DNA of 64,000 nt. Source: an uncultured Oscillospiraceae bacterium (lineage in GTDB: Bacteria; Bacillota; Clostridia; Acetivibrionales; DTU013). Below, one piece after another: positions 38,015 to 47,669 of this stretch. Every line of letters begins with the position of its first letter. The first letter of the stretch is position 1. A model generated the notes under the pieces. That model saw only the letters and a list, made by a program, of their open reading frames with translations, made no database searches and was not told where the DNA came from. A program made the position numbers and the translations under genes. The stretch lies in assembly GCA_964587755.1 (NCBI GenBank), contig CAZPMC010000002.1:58514-122513 (forward strand), given 5' to 3'.

Positions 38015-38461
38015 TTATTCCTGAACAATTTTAACGGTAAGCGTACCGCTGACTTCCGGATAAAGCTTAACCTCTACCTGTGTTTCACCAAGTGTTTTAA
38101 TAGTGTCAGGCAACACAAACTTTTTCTTGTCAATATCAATATTAAAATCACTCTTCAATTTGTCAGCGATGTCTTTGTTTGTTATTGAGCCGAAAAGCTT
38201 GCCGTTTTCTCCTGCTTTTGATTTAATTACAACGGTTGTCTCCTTTAGCTTCCCCGCAAGCTCTTTGGCATGAGCCAGCTCCCTTTCTCTTTTCGCACTT
38301 TCGGACGCCTTTTTACTTTTCATATCGTTTATATTGCTGGCATTTGCTTCAACTGCCAAGCCTCTGGGTAAAAGAAAATTTCTTGCATAACCGTCTTTAA
38401 CTTCGACCATATCCTCTTTCTTGCCCAATCCTTTTACATCCTGCTTTAAAATAACTTTCAT
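38015..38461 (-). CDS. rplI: 50S ribosomal protein L9
   Basis: The ATG at 38461 gives MKVILKQDVKGLGKKEDMVEVKDGYARNFLLP, the canonical L9 N-terminus. The longer ORF to 38524 overlaps gdpP. Confidence 0.92.
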   Translation of the reverse strand: MKVILKQDVKGLGKKEDMVEVKDGYARNFLLPRGLAVEANASNINDMKSKKASESAKRERELAHAKELAGKLKETTVVIKSKAGENGKLFGSITNKDIADKLKSDFNIDIDKKKFVLPDTIKTLGETQVEVKLYPEVSGTLTVKIVQE

Positions 38462-38498
38462 ATAAACCTCCCCAAACGGACCCGCAGGTCTGTAATTT

Positions 38499-40499
38499 TT
38501 ATGTGTTAGTCTTACTCTGTTCATTTATATATTCTATTATAGCATATTCCAACTTCTCTTTAGCCTTATCTATATCAATTCCGGCAAGCTGGGCACCCGC
38601 CACTGTTAAATGGCCGCCCCCGCCTAGTTTCTCAAGTATCATCTGAACATTAATATCGCCAAGTGACCTTCCGCTTATATATACCTCGTCACCTGTATCA
38701 GACAACACAAATGCCGCATTTATTCCCGAAAGGTTAAGCAGCTCATCTGCCGCCTTGGCAGCTATTAACTGGGAATTCTTCATTCCCGGCGGGCAAAATG
38801 AAATAGCGATATCAGGGCTAATCATCTCTGCGCTCTTAACAACAGAAGAAATATTTGAGTATGTTTCAAGGTCATTTTGGAAAAGCTGCTTGACGGCTAC
38901 CGTATCTACGCCATGCCTTTTAAGGTATGATGCAGCCTCGAATGTTCTCACTCCGGTCTTAAACGTAAAGTTCTTCGTATCTATCACTATTCCCGCATAG
39001 AGGGCCTCGGCCTCTATTGGCGTAAGCTTCAGCTTTTCATCTATGTATTGGAGCAGCTCTGTTACAAGCTCGCAGGTGGAAGATGCATATGTTTCCTGAT
39101 AGATCAGGACAGTATCCTGTATATAATCTGCACCTCTTCTGTGATGGTCAATCACTACCACCTGTCCGGCAATGTCAACAAGCTCCGGAATCTCGGTAAA
39201 GGCAGCTCTGTGCGTATCAACAACAATGAGCAGAGTCTTTTCATCAACCATGTCAACAGCTTCATTTCTACCGACAAACAACCCTTCGTAATCTCCGCTT
39301 TTGGCTATCATTGACATAAGGTTTTCTATGGTGTGATTTATCTTATTTAAAACAATATATGCATCCTTACCTCTGCTTTTAGCCACCCTGAACAATCCCA
39401 TAGCAGCGCCCAGTGAATCTATGTCAGCATTTTCATGCCCCATTATGAGTACCGAAGAGGATTGGTCCACCAGCTCCCTAAGGGCATATGCAATAACCCT
39501 CGCCTTTACCTTAGTCCTTTTTTCCAGTTCTCTTGTCTTTCCTCCAAAAAAGCTAAAGCTGTCACCGTTTTTAACAACCACCTGATCTCCGCCCCGGCCT
39601 AAGGCCACATCAATTGCCGCCGCTGCATATTGGAAGCTTTCAGCAGGGGTTTTCCCGCTAAATCCAAATCCAAGACTCAACGTTACAGGAATTTTGTTCC
39701 CTACGTTTATTTCCTTTATGCTGTCAAGTATTTCAAACTTCTTTTCTTCCAGCTCTCTCATGTATTTGTATTCAAATAGGAATATGTACTTATCTCTTTC
39801 ATATTTTTTAATAATACCGCCGGTAAATGACAACCATGAGATAATCTTTTTATCTATCTCAGCCAGAATCTGCGGTCTGGCGGAATCATCCATGCTTTGC
39901 ATAAGGTCTTCGTAGTTATCTATAAGAATAATCCCCGACGCAATTTTTTCGTCTGCGTACGTTTTCTTCAGCATAACAAGCTCTGTAATATCAATAAAAT
40001 ACAGAATCAGTATGGGCTTTTTATTAGTACTTTCGTATCCGGTATAATTGCATAGTACCTGATAATACTTCCCGTTTAATTCAACCTGTTTAACCAAGGT
40101 TTCTTCATTACTTTTATCCTTATCGTTAATCTCATCGGCAAAGCTCCTTATTAGCCCTTCACTAACATCCTTCTGCTCCATATTCCTTTTAAATGAGGAG
40201 TTATACCATATGATTGTGCCATCAGGCTCAGTCACTACCAAAGGCATCGGGAAGTTTAAAAGGGTATCCTTTGTAGCCGTATCAATATTAAAATTCAGGT
40301 TCTCAATATAACTTACTATTTTTTCTTTTCTCTTATAATTGGACCTTATATAGTAAAAAACTAGAACTGCAAATAACAGCAATCCTGGAATGGCAAAAAG
40401 AGGCTCCAGGACAGTTATAATACCCAAAAGAAACAATATGACCCACAGGTAATAACTATCACGCGGTATAAAAAGACCAAGATTTTTTTTGCTTTTCAT
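38499..40499 (-). CDS. gdpP: DHH/DHHA1 phosphodiesterase GdpP (c-di-AMP phosphodiesterase type)
   Basis: 666 aa. Two N-terminal TM helices, a PAS-like region and a degenerate GGDEF region. DHH motifs are HENADIDS and VIDHHRR; the DHHA1 motif is GGGH. Confidence 0.85.
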   Translation of the reverse strand: MKSKKNLGLFIPRDSYYLWVILFLLGIITVLEPLFAIPGLLLFAVLVFYYIRSNYKRKEKIVSYIENLNFNIDTATKDTLLNFPMPLVVTEPDGTIIWYNSSFKRNMEQKDVSEGLIRSFADEINDKDKSNEETLVKQVELNGKYYQVLCNYTGYESTNKKPILILYFIDITELVMLKKTYADEKIASGIILIDNYEDLMQSMDDSARPQILAEIDKKIISWLSFTGGIIKKYERDKYIFLFEYKYMRELEEKKFEILDSIKEINVGNKIPVTLSLGFGFSGKTPAESFQYAAAAIDVALGRGGDQVVVKNGDSFSFFGGKTRELEKRTKVKARVIAYALRELVDQSSSVLIMGHENADIDSLGAAMGLFRVAKSRGKDAYIVLNKINHTIENLMSMIAKSGDYEGLFVGRNEAVDMVDEKTLLIVVDTHRAAFTEIPELVDIAGQVVVIDHHRRGADYIQDTVLIYQETYASSTCELVTELLQYIDEKLKLTPIEAEALYAGIVIDTKNFTFKTGVRTFEAASYLKRHGVDTVAVKQLFQNDLETYSNISSVVKSAEMISPDIAISFCPPGMKNSQLIAAKAADELLNLSGINAAFVLSDTGDEVYISGRSLGDINVQMILEKLGGGGHLTVAGAQLAGIDIDKAKEKLEYAIIEYINEQSKTNT

Positions 40500-40846
40500 T
40501 AGCGCTCCTTTCTTCTAAAGCTACCCAAATGTCGGGACAGTTCGGACAGATCACCGTAATATTTCTCCACATCGTTATTTTCAACAAGTCCTAGCTTCAC
40601 CTTTCCGTGAATTTTAAGCTCTATGGCATTGTAACTGACCCCCAGGCGTTTGCCCAAAAGGTAACTGATAAGAATGATATTTGAGAGCATATCGGAAACC
40701 GCCTCATGCATCTCCTCCCGTGCTCCCCCTGCCAACGCCCTGAACAGACTTGCCAGATCCGTCAGCAGTTCACTTTTCAGCCATTCAATAATCTTAATAT
40801 TTCTCGTTATATCAATCTCTTTTTCTTGTACAGCCAAACCCTTCAC
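40499..40846 (-). CDS. small helical protein, MazG-like family (tentative)
   Basis: 115 aa. 1-nt overlap with gdp[23 protein letters not shown] resembles the MazG-type four-helix NTP-PPase core. The assignment is from memory of conserved neighbourhoods. Confidence 0.45.
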   Translation of the reverse strand: MKGLAVQEKEIDITRNIKIIEWLKSELLTDLASLFRALAGGAREEMHEAVSDMLSNIILISYLLGKRLGVSYNAIELKIHGKVKLGLVENNDVEKYYGDLSELSRHLGSFRRKER

Positions 40847-40958
40847 CCCACTTAAGACTCTCGTTAAAAAAAGAAATATTTCCTTTTTAATTATAACACA
40901 GGGCGTCTGTCATTTTGTTCCATTTCCCATAAGCTCATTGCTTCCTGCTGGGTTTACA

Positions 40959-41783
40959 CTATGAGCTCACTGGGTACGAACCCAGGAACTTATAAAATGA
41001 TGTCTTTCTTTTTACCATCGCTAAAGCATCTCTCAGGTCGTCATCATCCTTATGACCCGAAAGATCAACAAAAAATATGTAACTGCCAAGCTTGTTTTTC
41101 GCCGGTCTTGATTCTATGCGGCTAAGATTTATATCCCATAAATTAAAAATCTCCAATATCTTATAAAGACTGCCTGGCTTATCCTCAGTGGAAAATACGA
41201 TTGAGGTTTTGTCTTTTCCGGTCCTCTCATTATCCTCACGGGCAACTACTATAAATCTGGTTGTGTTATTATCAAAATCCTGTATGTCCTGTTGAGCAAT
41301 TTCCATGTCATACGCCTTTGCAGCTTCAAATGATCCTATTGCAGCACTATCGCCTTTTCCCTTCGATACCTCTTCTGCTGCCGATGCTGTACTGTCTGTA
41401 GCCTTAATTATTGCGTCAGGAAAGTGCTTTGATAAAAATCTTCTGCACTGACCCAGAGGCTGCGGGTGTGAAAGCACAGTTTTTACCGCGGATAAATTTG
41501 TCCCCTTCTTAACCAGTAAATGCTCACGGATAGGAATAAGCAGCTCTGCCTTAATCCGCAAATCATTTTCCAGTGCAATAATATCCATGGTTGCATTGAT
41601 AGCACCCTCAATAGAGTTTTCAATCGGTACAACTGCCTCATCTATTATGCGCATGTCAACCGCTTCCAAAATCTCACTGATTGAAAGAAACTCCCTTGGA
41701 GTATATTCCATGTCTTTTGCATATTTTAAAAGAGCCTCTTGAGAAAAAGTCCCTCTAGGCCCCAAGTAACCAATTTTAAGCAT
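40959..41783 (-). CDS. pheA: prephenate dehydratase
   Basis: 274 aa. PDT domain (GYLGPRGTFSQEA, TRF) and ACT domain (LSRIESRPAK). Confidence 0.9.
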   Translation of the reverse strand: MLKIGYLGPRGTFSQEALLKYAKDMEYTPREFLSISEILEAVDMRIIDEAVVPIENSIEGAINATMDIIALENDLRIKAELLIPIREHLLVKKGTNLSAVKTVLSHPQPLGQCRRFLSKHFPDAIIKATDSTASAAEEVSKGKGDSAAIGSFEAAKAYDMEIAQQDIQDFDNNTTRFIVVAREDNERTGKDKTSIVFSTEDKPGSLYKILEIFNLWDINLSRIESRPAKNKLGSYIFFVDLSGHKDDDDLRDALAMVKRKTSFYKFLGSYPVSS

Positions 41784-41842
41784 TAAACCTCATCCAACTT
41801 TCCCGAATATGTCTTGCCCGGTCTAATAGTATAAGTATATAT

Positions 41843-41871
41843 ATAATACCATTTAAAAAGCGTTTTTCCAA
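41843..41871 (-). promoter_or_regulatory. candidate sigma-A promoter for pheA
   Basis: Minus strand reads TTGGAA-N17-TATTAT with TGG immediately upstream of the -10 (extended -10), about 60 nt before the pheA ATG. Confidence 0.4.
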
Positions 41872-42102
41872 CATGAACCCACTGTGTAAAAACGCAAAAT
41901 TTATTTTTTGTTTGGGAAAATTGTTGTTTAATAGCTAAAACCCCGGGTATATATTCAGTACAATCACAGTGATTGAAAAATACCGGTAGGGAATGAATCC
42001 AAAGGGATGTAGCAATGAACGGATTATCAGTCCTAGGTAAGAAAGTAAGGGGATTAGTAATTGGATCAAGCCCATCAGTATGACTGCTCCATAAGAGCAG
42101 GG

Positions 42103-42139
42103 AAACGGTCGGATTAAATAGTTATTTATCCGACCGTTT
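42103..42139. terminator. 12-bp perfect-stem hairpin downstream of rpsR (terminator-like, strand ambiguous)
   Basis: AAACGGTCGGAT, a 13-nt loop, then ATCCGACCGTTT. The T-tracts are weak on both strands (minus TTTCCCTGCTCTT, plus TTTCTTGCGTTTCT). Confidence 0.45.
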
Positions 42140-42189
42140 CTTGCGTTTCTAATATATAACCGGTATTTGTAACTTTCTTTCCGGCTCAA

Positions 42190-42480
42190 CTAATCAGCAG
42201 TGTATGGTAATAGAGCTATAACTCTGGCTCTTTTAATAGCCATTGTCAGCTGACGCTGATGCTTTGCACAGCAGCCTGAAATCCTTCTGGGCAGAATCTT
42301 TCCTCTCTCGGAAATATACTTTCTAAGCTTTACAACTTCCTTGTAATCTATATCAGTAACCTTATCTACACAGAATGCGCAAACTTTTCTTTTTGCTCTT
42401 CTTATTCTCATGCCGCCTCTGCCTTCGCCTCTGTCGTAAGAATCTCTGTTGCCCCTATTTTCTTTCTTTGTACTTGACAT
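42190..42480 (-). CDS. rpsR: 30S ribosomal protein S18
   Basis: 96 aa. KVCAFC...[26 protein letters not shown]...[14 protein letters not shown] signature. Confidence 0.93.
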   Translation of the reverse strand: MSSTKKENRGNRDSYDRGEGRGGMRIRRAKRKVCAFCVDKVTDIDYKEVVKLRKYISERGKILPRRISGCCAKHQRQLTMAIKRARVIALLPYTAD

Positions 42481-42516
42481 ATAACACGCCTCCTTTCTCG
42501 TAAGGTACTCGGCTTA

Positions 42517-42960
42517 TCAAAAGGGGAGTTCGTCGTCTTCATCTAGTGGATAAAAACCGCCTTCAGGCTGACCTGCGCCATAATCCTGGCCTGTCCCTCC
42601 GGAAGCGGGCGCTCTATATGAAGAAGCGCTGCTCTCACTTCTGCGGCTCTCAGCAAAATAAACTTCATCGGTGATAACCTCTGTGATATAATGCCTTTTA
42701 CCCTCACTATCATCCCATGTCCTGTTTTGTAAGCTGCCTACAACAACTACCTTCTGTCCTTTGGTAAAATACTTGCTGCAGAATTCAGCTTGCTTTCTCC
42801 ATGCAACAATATTAAAAAAGTCCGCTTGCCTTTCTTCCCCTTCCCTGGCAAATCTTCTGTCTACGGCAAGAGAAAAGCTGCAAACCGCTGTATTATTGGT
42901 GCTGGTGTATCTAAGCTCAGGATCCTTTGTCAACCTTCCCATTAAAATAACCTTATTCAT
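42517..42960 (-). CDS. ssb: single-stranded DNA-binding protein
   Basis: 147 aa. MNKVILMGRLTKDPELRYT OB-fold N-terminus, Gly-rich linker, acidic tail DEDDELPF. Confidence 0.93.
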   Translation of the reverse strand: MNKVILMGRLTKDPELRYTSTNNTAVCSFSLAVDRRFAREGEERQADFFNIVAWRKQAEFCSKYFTKGQKVVVVGSLQNRTWDDSEGKRHYITEVITDEVYFAESRRSESSASSYRAPASGGTGQDYGAGQPEGGFYPLDEDDELPF

Positions 42961-42969
42961 ACGCTCACC

Positions 42970-43257
42970 TTACTTTTCTTTATTAATAACCATATACTTG
43001 AGAATACCATCTGTAATCTTGAAAATTCTTTCAAGCTCACGGGGGAAATCAGGTTCCGAACTAAAATTGGCAAGAACATAATAGCCTTCACTCTTATCAT
43101 TGATTAAGTAGGCTAACTTTCTTTTTCCCCATTCATCGATGCTTTCTAATTGAGCTGAAGTTTCAAGCAGGCTCTTAAATTTTTCTACAAGTGCCTGTAT
43201 GTTCTCCTCGCCAATGTCAGAATCGATGATAAATATACATTCATATTTTTTCACCAT
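42970..43257 (-). CDS. rpsF: 30S ribosomal protein S6
   Basis: 95 aa. YECIFII...WGKRKLAY signature. rpsF-ssb-rpsR synteny. Confidence 0.92.
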   Translation of the reverse strand: MVKKYECIFIIDSDIGEENIQALVEKFKSLLETSAQLESIDEWGKRKLAYLINDKSEGYYVLANFSSEPDFPRELERIFKITDGILKYMVINKEK

Positions 43258-43331
43258 TAGACTATCACCTCCTTCTGGACTGAACGGCCCTGTAACTATG
43301 TACAGAGCAAGGATACCGAGAAGTTATTTTA

Positions 43332-43655
43332 TCATAACAATATTAATTGTGCAAGCAAAAACAGCAAAATTACAAATGATGAAATCAGCAGGATGTTTAT
43401 TACGTAATTGACTGTGAACACTGAATTGAAGCCTCTTCTACCTTTTGCTTTCTCCTTGCCGCTGGTAACTGCAAGTCCGTTTTCCTTTATATATCGGTCT
43501 ATAATAGCCTGGGCTTCCTTTAATATAAAATCTCCCTCTCCTTTTGGTTCTCTTCGTAAAATGAATATTGCTTCCTCAATAAGATTTGATTTAATATTCT
43601 TAATTACAACAATTCTTTTTGTATCATTAGCTGCCATATGATCCTCCGCAAACAA
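43332..43655 (-). CDS. hypothetical tail-anchored small protein
   Basis: 107-aa ORF (alternative ATG at residue 7) with a C-terminal hydrophobic helix (VINILLISSFVILLFLLAQLILL). No motif recognised. Confidence 0.45.
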   Translation of the reverse strand: MFAEDHMAANDTKRIVVIKNIKSNLIEEAIFILRREPKGEGDFILKEAQAIIDRYIKENGLAVTSGKEKAKGRRGFNSVFTVNYVINILLISSFVILLFLLAQLILL

Positions 43656-43741
43656 TACTTCACTTATAGTTTGCGATGTAAATATAGTTTTATACAGATA
43701 TTTCCCAATAAGTCTTAAAAATTCCTGACTAATTTATACTA

Positions 43742-46138
43742 TTAAAGCTTCCTCCAAACCTTAGCCACAAGTACAGTCAAATCATCACAGGGTTTATTTT
43801 GGCAGCACTTATCAGCCTCTTCTATTATGCTGTCCGCCACCTTTTGAGGATTGAGGCAATCAATCTGTTGTATAAATTTCATCAGACTTCGCTCTCCCGG
43901 CAATTCACCGGCAAAGCTGTCAATAATGCCGTCGGTCACCATAATAATCATGTCCCCCGCTCCCACGTGCCTCCGGGCTAATTCTGCATCTATACCAGGC
44001 AGAATTCCTGCAGGCAGCGTTGCAGCCCTGATAATCTCTGCTTTATCTGCTCTTTTTATATATGTAGGCGCAGCCCCGATTTTAACAAATTCCACCTCTC
44101 CACTAAACAAATCTATTATTGACATATCTATTGAGCACGATAAATGCTCGCTCGATTTGAGCACAAGAGCGGAGTTAACAAGATTTACAGCCATTTCCTT
44201 ATCAAACCCGGACTCAAAAAAGCTCTCCAGCATGTTAACAACAGCCTTACTCTGAGCCGCTGCACCGTACCCTGTCCCCATACCATCACTTAATGCCAGC
44301 GTATGTTTCCCGTTTTCGCCATTCATAAATGTAAAGCTGTCTCCGGAAATGTCACTTCCATACTTAGGCAGCCTTGCTATACCTGTTGAAATCCTCAGAT
44401 TCTCCGCTTCAATCAGCTTAACGCTGCAGCTTCCGTCCCGCTCCTTAGCACAATCTTCGTTAACCCGCACCAATTTTTTGCCAACAGCCTCCGATGCCAC
44501 TCTTTCAATAACACTGATGCAGACCCTTGCTCCGCCGCATCCATTATGAAGCACACTGACCTCATACTTTTCCCAGTTGTTTTTATATACAATAACCTCT
44601 TTGACCTTTATCCTCATATGGTGAAGGGCGGCTGCTATCTCATCCTCTAACGGCGCCAGAAAGTTGACCTCTGTATTTATTTCACCTGCAAGAGTAGAGA
44701 TAACTCTTGACATTCCTTCAAACTGCCTGCTTATAACAGTTCTGCTTTCATCCAGTTTGCTCTTCCAGATCACCCCCACCTTAAACAGCTCATACATGTT
44801 GTTTACTGCATTAACAAAATCACTTATTCTTGCGCACCTTTCTAAAAAATAGTCCGGGATATCACTTTCCTCAACTCTTCCCTTAGCTTCCAGCTTCTCA
44901 ACTATTTTAAACATAACCTGGTAGGTGTCATAAAAATTGCGCTCCCAGCAGTGTAGGCACGAGCCGCAGTCACTGCATATCCTGTCGGCAACCCTGTCAA
45001 ACAGTACATTTATATCTTGCTTGCCGGCAGTTGTTTTAGTCTCTGATATTTCCACAAATGTTTTTGCCATCTCACTAAAAGCTCTTGAGAACCTTCTTAA
45101 CTTTTCTACCGTAATATCCTTTATTCTTCGTGAATATGCAATTCTGCCGGTGGGGAGTACAAAATCCCGCATAAATGGGTTTGTCAATATCTCGATGAGC
45201 TTTCTTGGCAAAATGAAAAATATTATGGTACCGGCGATAATTTCCCTTAAATAAAGAGTGACCTCAACTGCACCATTTAAATATGCAGACAAAATCATGC
45301 TACCCATTATGAAGCCAAGAGCAGAACCAACTCTTCCTAAATTCCTGAGCATCCCGGACAGCATACCGCACAAAGCATAAGAACCTGTAATTGCAGGTGT
45401 CGCTCCCGGGGATATGCTTGTAATAAGGCCTATAGCGCAGCCAGCAGCCGCACCGACTCCGGCACCGCATTTAGAGCTCAAAATCAGAAGCAATACAACA
45501 CAAATAGTGTTTCTGATAGATACACCCAATATATGAACTGTGCCTATTCCTGATAACACCAGTGTGGCTGTTACCGCTACCGATATTGCTTCTTCACCTG
45601 CCAGCAATGCCCTTTTAACCGTACCTGTCATAATAGGCACAGAATATCTGAATATAAAGTAAAGAACAAAAGATATAAATGAGCTGAAAATAGCCCTTAA
45701 AACATCATAAAGCAAGTACCCTCTTAAGCCTGCCAAAATAATCTGGGGCAAAAACATTGAAAAAAACACTAAAGATGCAGTCTTTATATTTGGTCTTTCA
45801 TTAATTTGCTTGAATGGAATACTCAATAAACTGAAGGTAAACATACTGGCTGCATTTATATATATAGCCTCAGGCGTGCCGTTTACAGATGTGCCAATTA
45901 AAACGGATAAGGCTGTCAGAAGCCATATGCCGTAGTTGCCGTATGTTGCAGCAAAAAAAGCAACCCCGAAGGGAAGCGTTCCGGCAGCTATATTACTGTT
46001 TCCAAGAAGAAATGCTGAAATTAGAATAAGATAGTTGTTCTGATAAAGAAAAATTTTTTTTAATAAATCAAAAGGGGAACTGCCTTTACCTATGCCTTTA
46101 CCTATGCCTTTACTCATTTGCACAGTAGTAGTTTTCAT
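43742..46138 (-). CDS. spoIIE: stage II sporulation protein E (PP2C phosphatase with polytopic membrane domain)
   Basis: 798 aa. The N-terminal ~330 aa has about 10 hydrophobic helices. The C-terminal PP2C/SpoIIE domain has GDSFTF...ALSDGMGTG...MVTDGI. Confidence 0.9.
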   Translation of the reverse strand: MKTTTVQMSKGIGKGIGKGSSPFDLLKKIFLYQNNYLILISAFLLGNSNIAAGTLPFGVAFFAATYGNYGIWLLTALSVLIGTSVNGTPEAIYINAASMFTFSLLSIPFKQINERPNIKTASLVFFSMFLPQIILAGLRGYLLYDVLRAIFSSFISFVLYFIFRYSVPIMTGTVKRALLAGEEAISVAVTATLVLSGIGTVHILGVSIRNTICVVLLLILSSKCGAGVGAAAGCAIGLITSISPGATPAITGSYALCGMLSGMLRNLGRVGSALGFIMGSMILSAYLNGAVEVTLYLREIIAGTIIFFILPRKLIEILTNPFMRDFVLPTGRIAYSRRIKDITVEKLRRFSRAFSEMAKTFVEISETKTTAGKQDINVLFDRVADRICSDCGSCLHCWERNFYDTYQVMFKIVEKLEAKGRVEESDIPDYFLERCARISDFVNAVNNMYELFKVGVIWKSKLDESRTVISRQFEGMSRVISTLAGEINTEVNFLAPLEDEIAAALHHMRIKVKEVIVYKNNWEKYEVSVLHNGCGGARVCISVIERVASEAVGKKLVRVNEDCAKERDGSCSVKLIEAENLRISTGIARLPKYGSDISGDSFTFMNGENGKHTLALSDGMGTGYGAAAQSKAVVNMLESFFESGFDKEMAVNLVNSALVLKSSEHLSCSIDMSIIDLFSGEVEFVKIGAAPTYIKRADKAEIIRAATLPAGILPGIDAELARRHVGAGDMIIMVTDGIIDSFAGELPGERSLMKFIQQIDCLNPQKVADSIIEEADKCCQNKPCDDLTVLVAKVWRKL

Positions 46139-46175
46139 CTTTCGTAACCTCCCGCAAGACTAGTAATTAATGAAA

Positions 46176-46208
46176 ATTATAGCTTGCGGGCGTTAAAAAA
46201 TTTGTCAA
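46176..46208 (-). promoter_or_regulatory. candidate spoIIE promoter with 21-bp spacer
   Basis: Minus strand reads TTGACA (46203..46208), a 21-nt spacer, then TATAAT (46176..46181). The -35 lies within TTTGACAAA, which resembles a Spo0A box (TTCGACA). A second TGTCAAA lies at about 46236..46242. Confidence 0.45.
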
Positions 46209-46373
46209 ATTACACAGATGGCCTTCACACAATGTTTTGACACTTAACTTCAAAATACTGTGCTTTAATGCTTTTATCCAGCTTCGCTCAAATTAACCAC
46301 CTAATTTGTCTAAGTTATTCTTTCCATGGTTTATGGAATGATTGGGAGAAAAAGGTCGGAATGTTTTTCATCT

Positions 46374-47651
46374 TTACCTTTTTCTCTTGCTCCCCTTTTC
46401 CTGCCAGGTTTGCCCCAAATTGTTTCTTTGCTTATTGTCCTGTTTATTCTGTCTTTCATCTCTATATATTTGCTTGAGCAGCTCTTCTTTTAATTTTTGA
46501 CGCTCACGCTCCAGCTTCTTTTCATTTTGTGCTGACTTCTTTTTATTTTCATTATTGTTTTTACTGTTGTTATTTTTAACGTCTTTATTATTCTTATTTT
46601 TGCTGTTATTTTTATTGATATTGCTGTTCTTATCGTTTTTGTCGTTTTTGTTGTTTTTCTTATCTTTATTGTCTTTATCCGCTTTATTTCCATTAACCTG
46701 TTTGCTGTCCCCGGCAGTATTGGAGCTGTTCTTCTCAAGCTTTCTGTCATTGGCTTTCGGTTTGTTGCCGCTTATATATCCTTCATCTTCCAAAACAATC
46801 TTGGTCTCCTTCTTGTCATCCTGTAAAGCTGGCTTTGTTACGTTGGATTCAGTCTTTTTATCTTCTGCAACATTTGCTTTTCCAGAAGCCTTTTTAGCTT
46901 GTGAAGACTTATTATCCTTTGCCTTTGCGACCAAATCCCTGACAGCAGCTGATTTTAACTCCTCAAGGCTTAGCTCGGGTTCAGCCTCTATGGCATTCTC
47001 AATTAATGCAAGCTTCCCCGGTGTTGTACCAACCTTTCTTGCATCATCTCTTTGCTCTAATGTCGCTTCTCCAACAAGCACATCGGAAACAATGCTTTCC
47101 TTTGAAAGCTTTTCTTCTATCATATTTACAAGCTCCTCTTTAAGTGCTTTGGATTTGTTGCCATTGCTGCTTGAAACGGTGAAAAGGACTGCGTCTCGGA
47201 CTTCATCTGAGGTTGAAGCATCAGACTTAAAGTAACCTTGCTCTGCTGCAGAGCTAATCAATTTGGAAACGCCCTCCGAAAGCTTAGTATTCTTTAATTT
47301 GCTGCAACCTAAAAGTACTTGTCCGTCACTGTTAAGTGCTTCTGCATTAATAATTCTGTCGTATATGTTGACCGTAAGCTCAATGCTTGGATTAATGTCG
47401 AAATCTATATAGCTGTAAGGCATTGAGTAACTGAGCACTCCATACCCTGTCCCAAGCACCAGCAAAGCAGCCGCAGCTAAAGATACCACTTTCGAAATGA
47501 GCTTTTGTTTGGTTCCGTTGCTTTTCAGACAATTTATGTCGATTTCGCTCCCCACAGTCATGTGTGGTTCCGCTTTTATCTTCTTAAATAAACCGTCTTT
47601 AGTAAGAATTATTGCGTATTTCCCGTTTATTTCTGCTATAATCCCCTTCAT
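46374..47651 (-). CDS. rsgI: anti-sigma-I factor RsgI
   Basis: 425 aa. RsgI_N-type N-terminus (MKGIIAEINGKYAIILTKDGLFKKI), one TM helix, a juxtamembrane domain (DINPSIELTVNIYDRIINAEALNSDG), and a long K/N/D/E-rich low-complexity tail. Directly downstream of sigI. Confidence 0.85.
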   Translation of the reverse strand: MKGIIAEINGKYAIILTKDGLFKKIKAEPHMTVGSEIDINCLKSNGTKQKLISKVVSLAAAALLVLGTGYGVLSYSMPYSYIDFDINPSIELTVNIYDRIINAEALNSDGQVLLGCSKLKNTKLSEGVSKLISSAAEQGYFKSDASTSDEVRDAVLFTVSSSNGNKSKALKEELVNMIEEKLSKESIVSDVLVGEATLEQRDDARKVGTTPGKLALIENAIEAEPELSLEELKSAAVRDLVAKAKDNKSSQAKKASGKANVAEDKKTESNVTKPALQDDKKETKIVLEDEGYISGNKPKANDRKLEKNSSNTAGDSKQVNGNKADKDNKDKKNNKNDKNDKNSNINKNNSKNKNNKDVKNNNSKNNNENKKKSAQNEKKLERERQKLKEELLKQIYRDERQNKQDNKQRNNLGQTWQEKGSKRKR

Positions 47652-47669
47652 GGCATAACAACTCCTGTC

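Noticed and set aside
41935-42189. 84-aa minus-strand ORF starting immediately after rpsR
   Set aside because: It has a TTG start with no RBS and runs straight through three stable hairpins. Its composition is hydrophobic and aromatic without a clear TM pattern. I treated it as a non-coding structured region instead (see findings).
41784-42189. T-box or other amino-acid leader upstream of pheA
   Set aside because: I looked for the conserved T-box core (GGTGGTACCGCG-like) and specifier architecture on the minus strand and did not find it.
46150-46190. 8-bp stem (CCCGCAAG...CTTGCGGG) overlapping the spoIIE RBS, considered as a translational riboregulator
   Set aside because: The candidate -10 box lies in the loop, so the 5' arm would not be transcribed from that promoter.
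46555-47235. 226-aa plus-strand ORF rich in Leu/Phe/Ser
   Set aside because: It is antisense to the low-complexity Lys/Asn-rich tail of rsgI. The open frame is a by-product of the A-rich coding strand.
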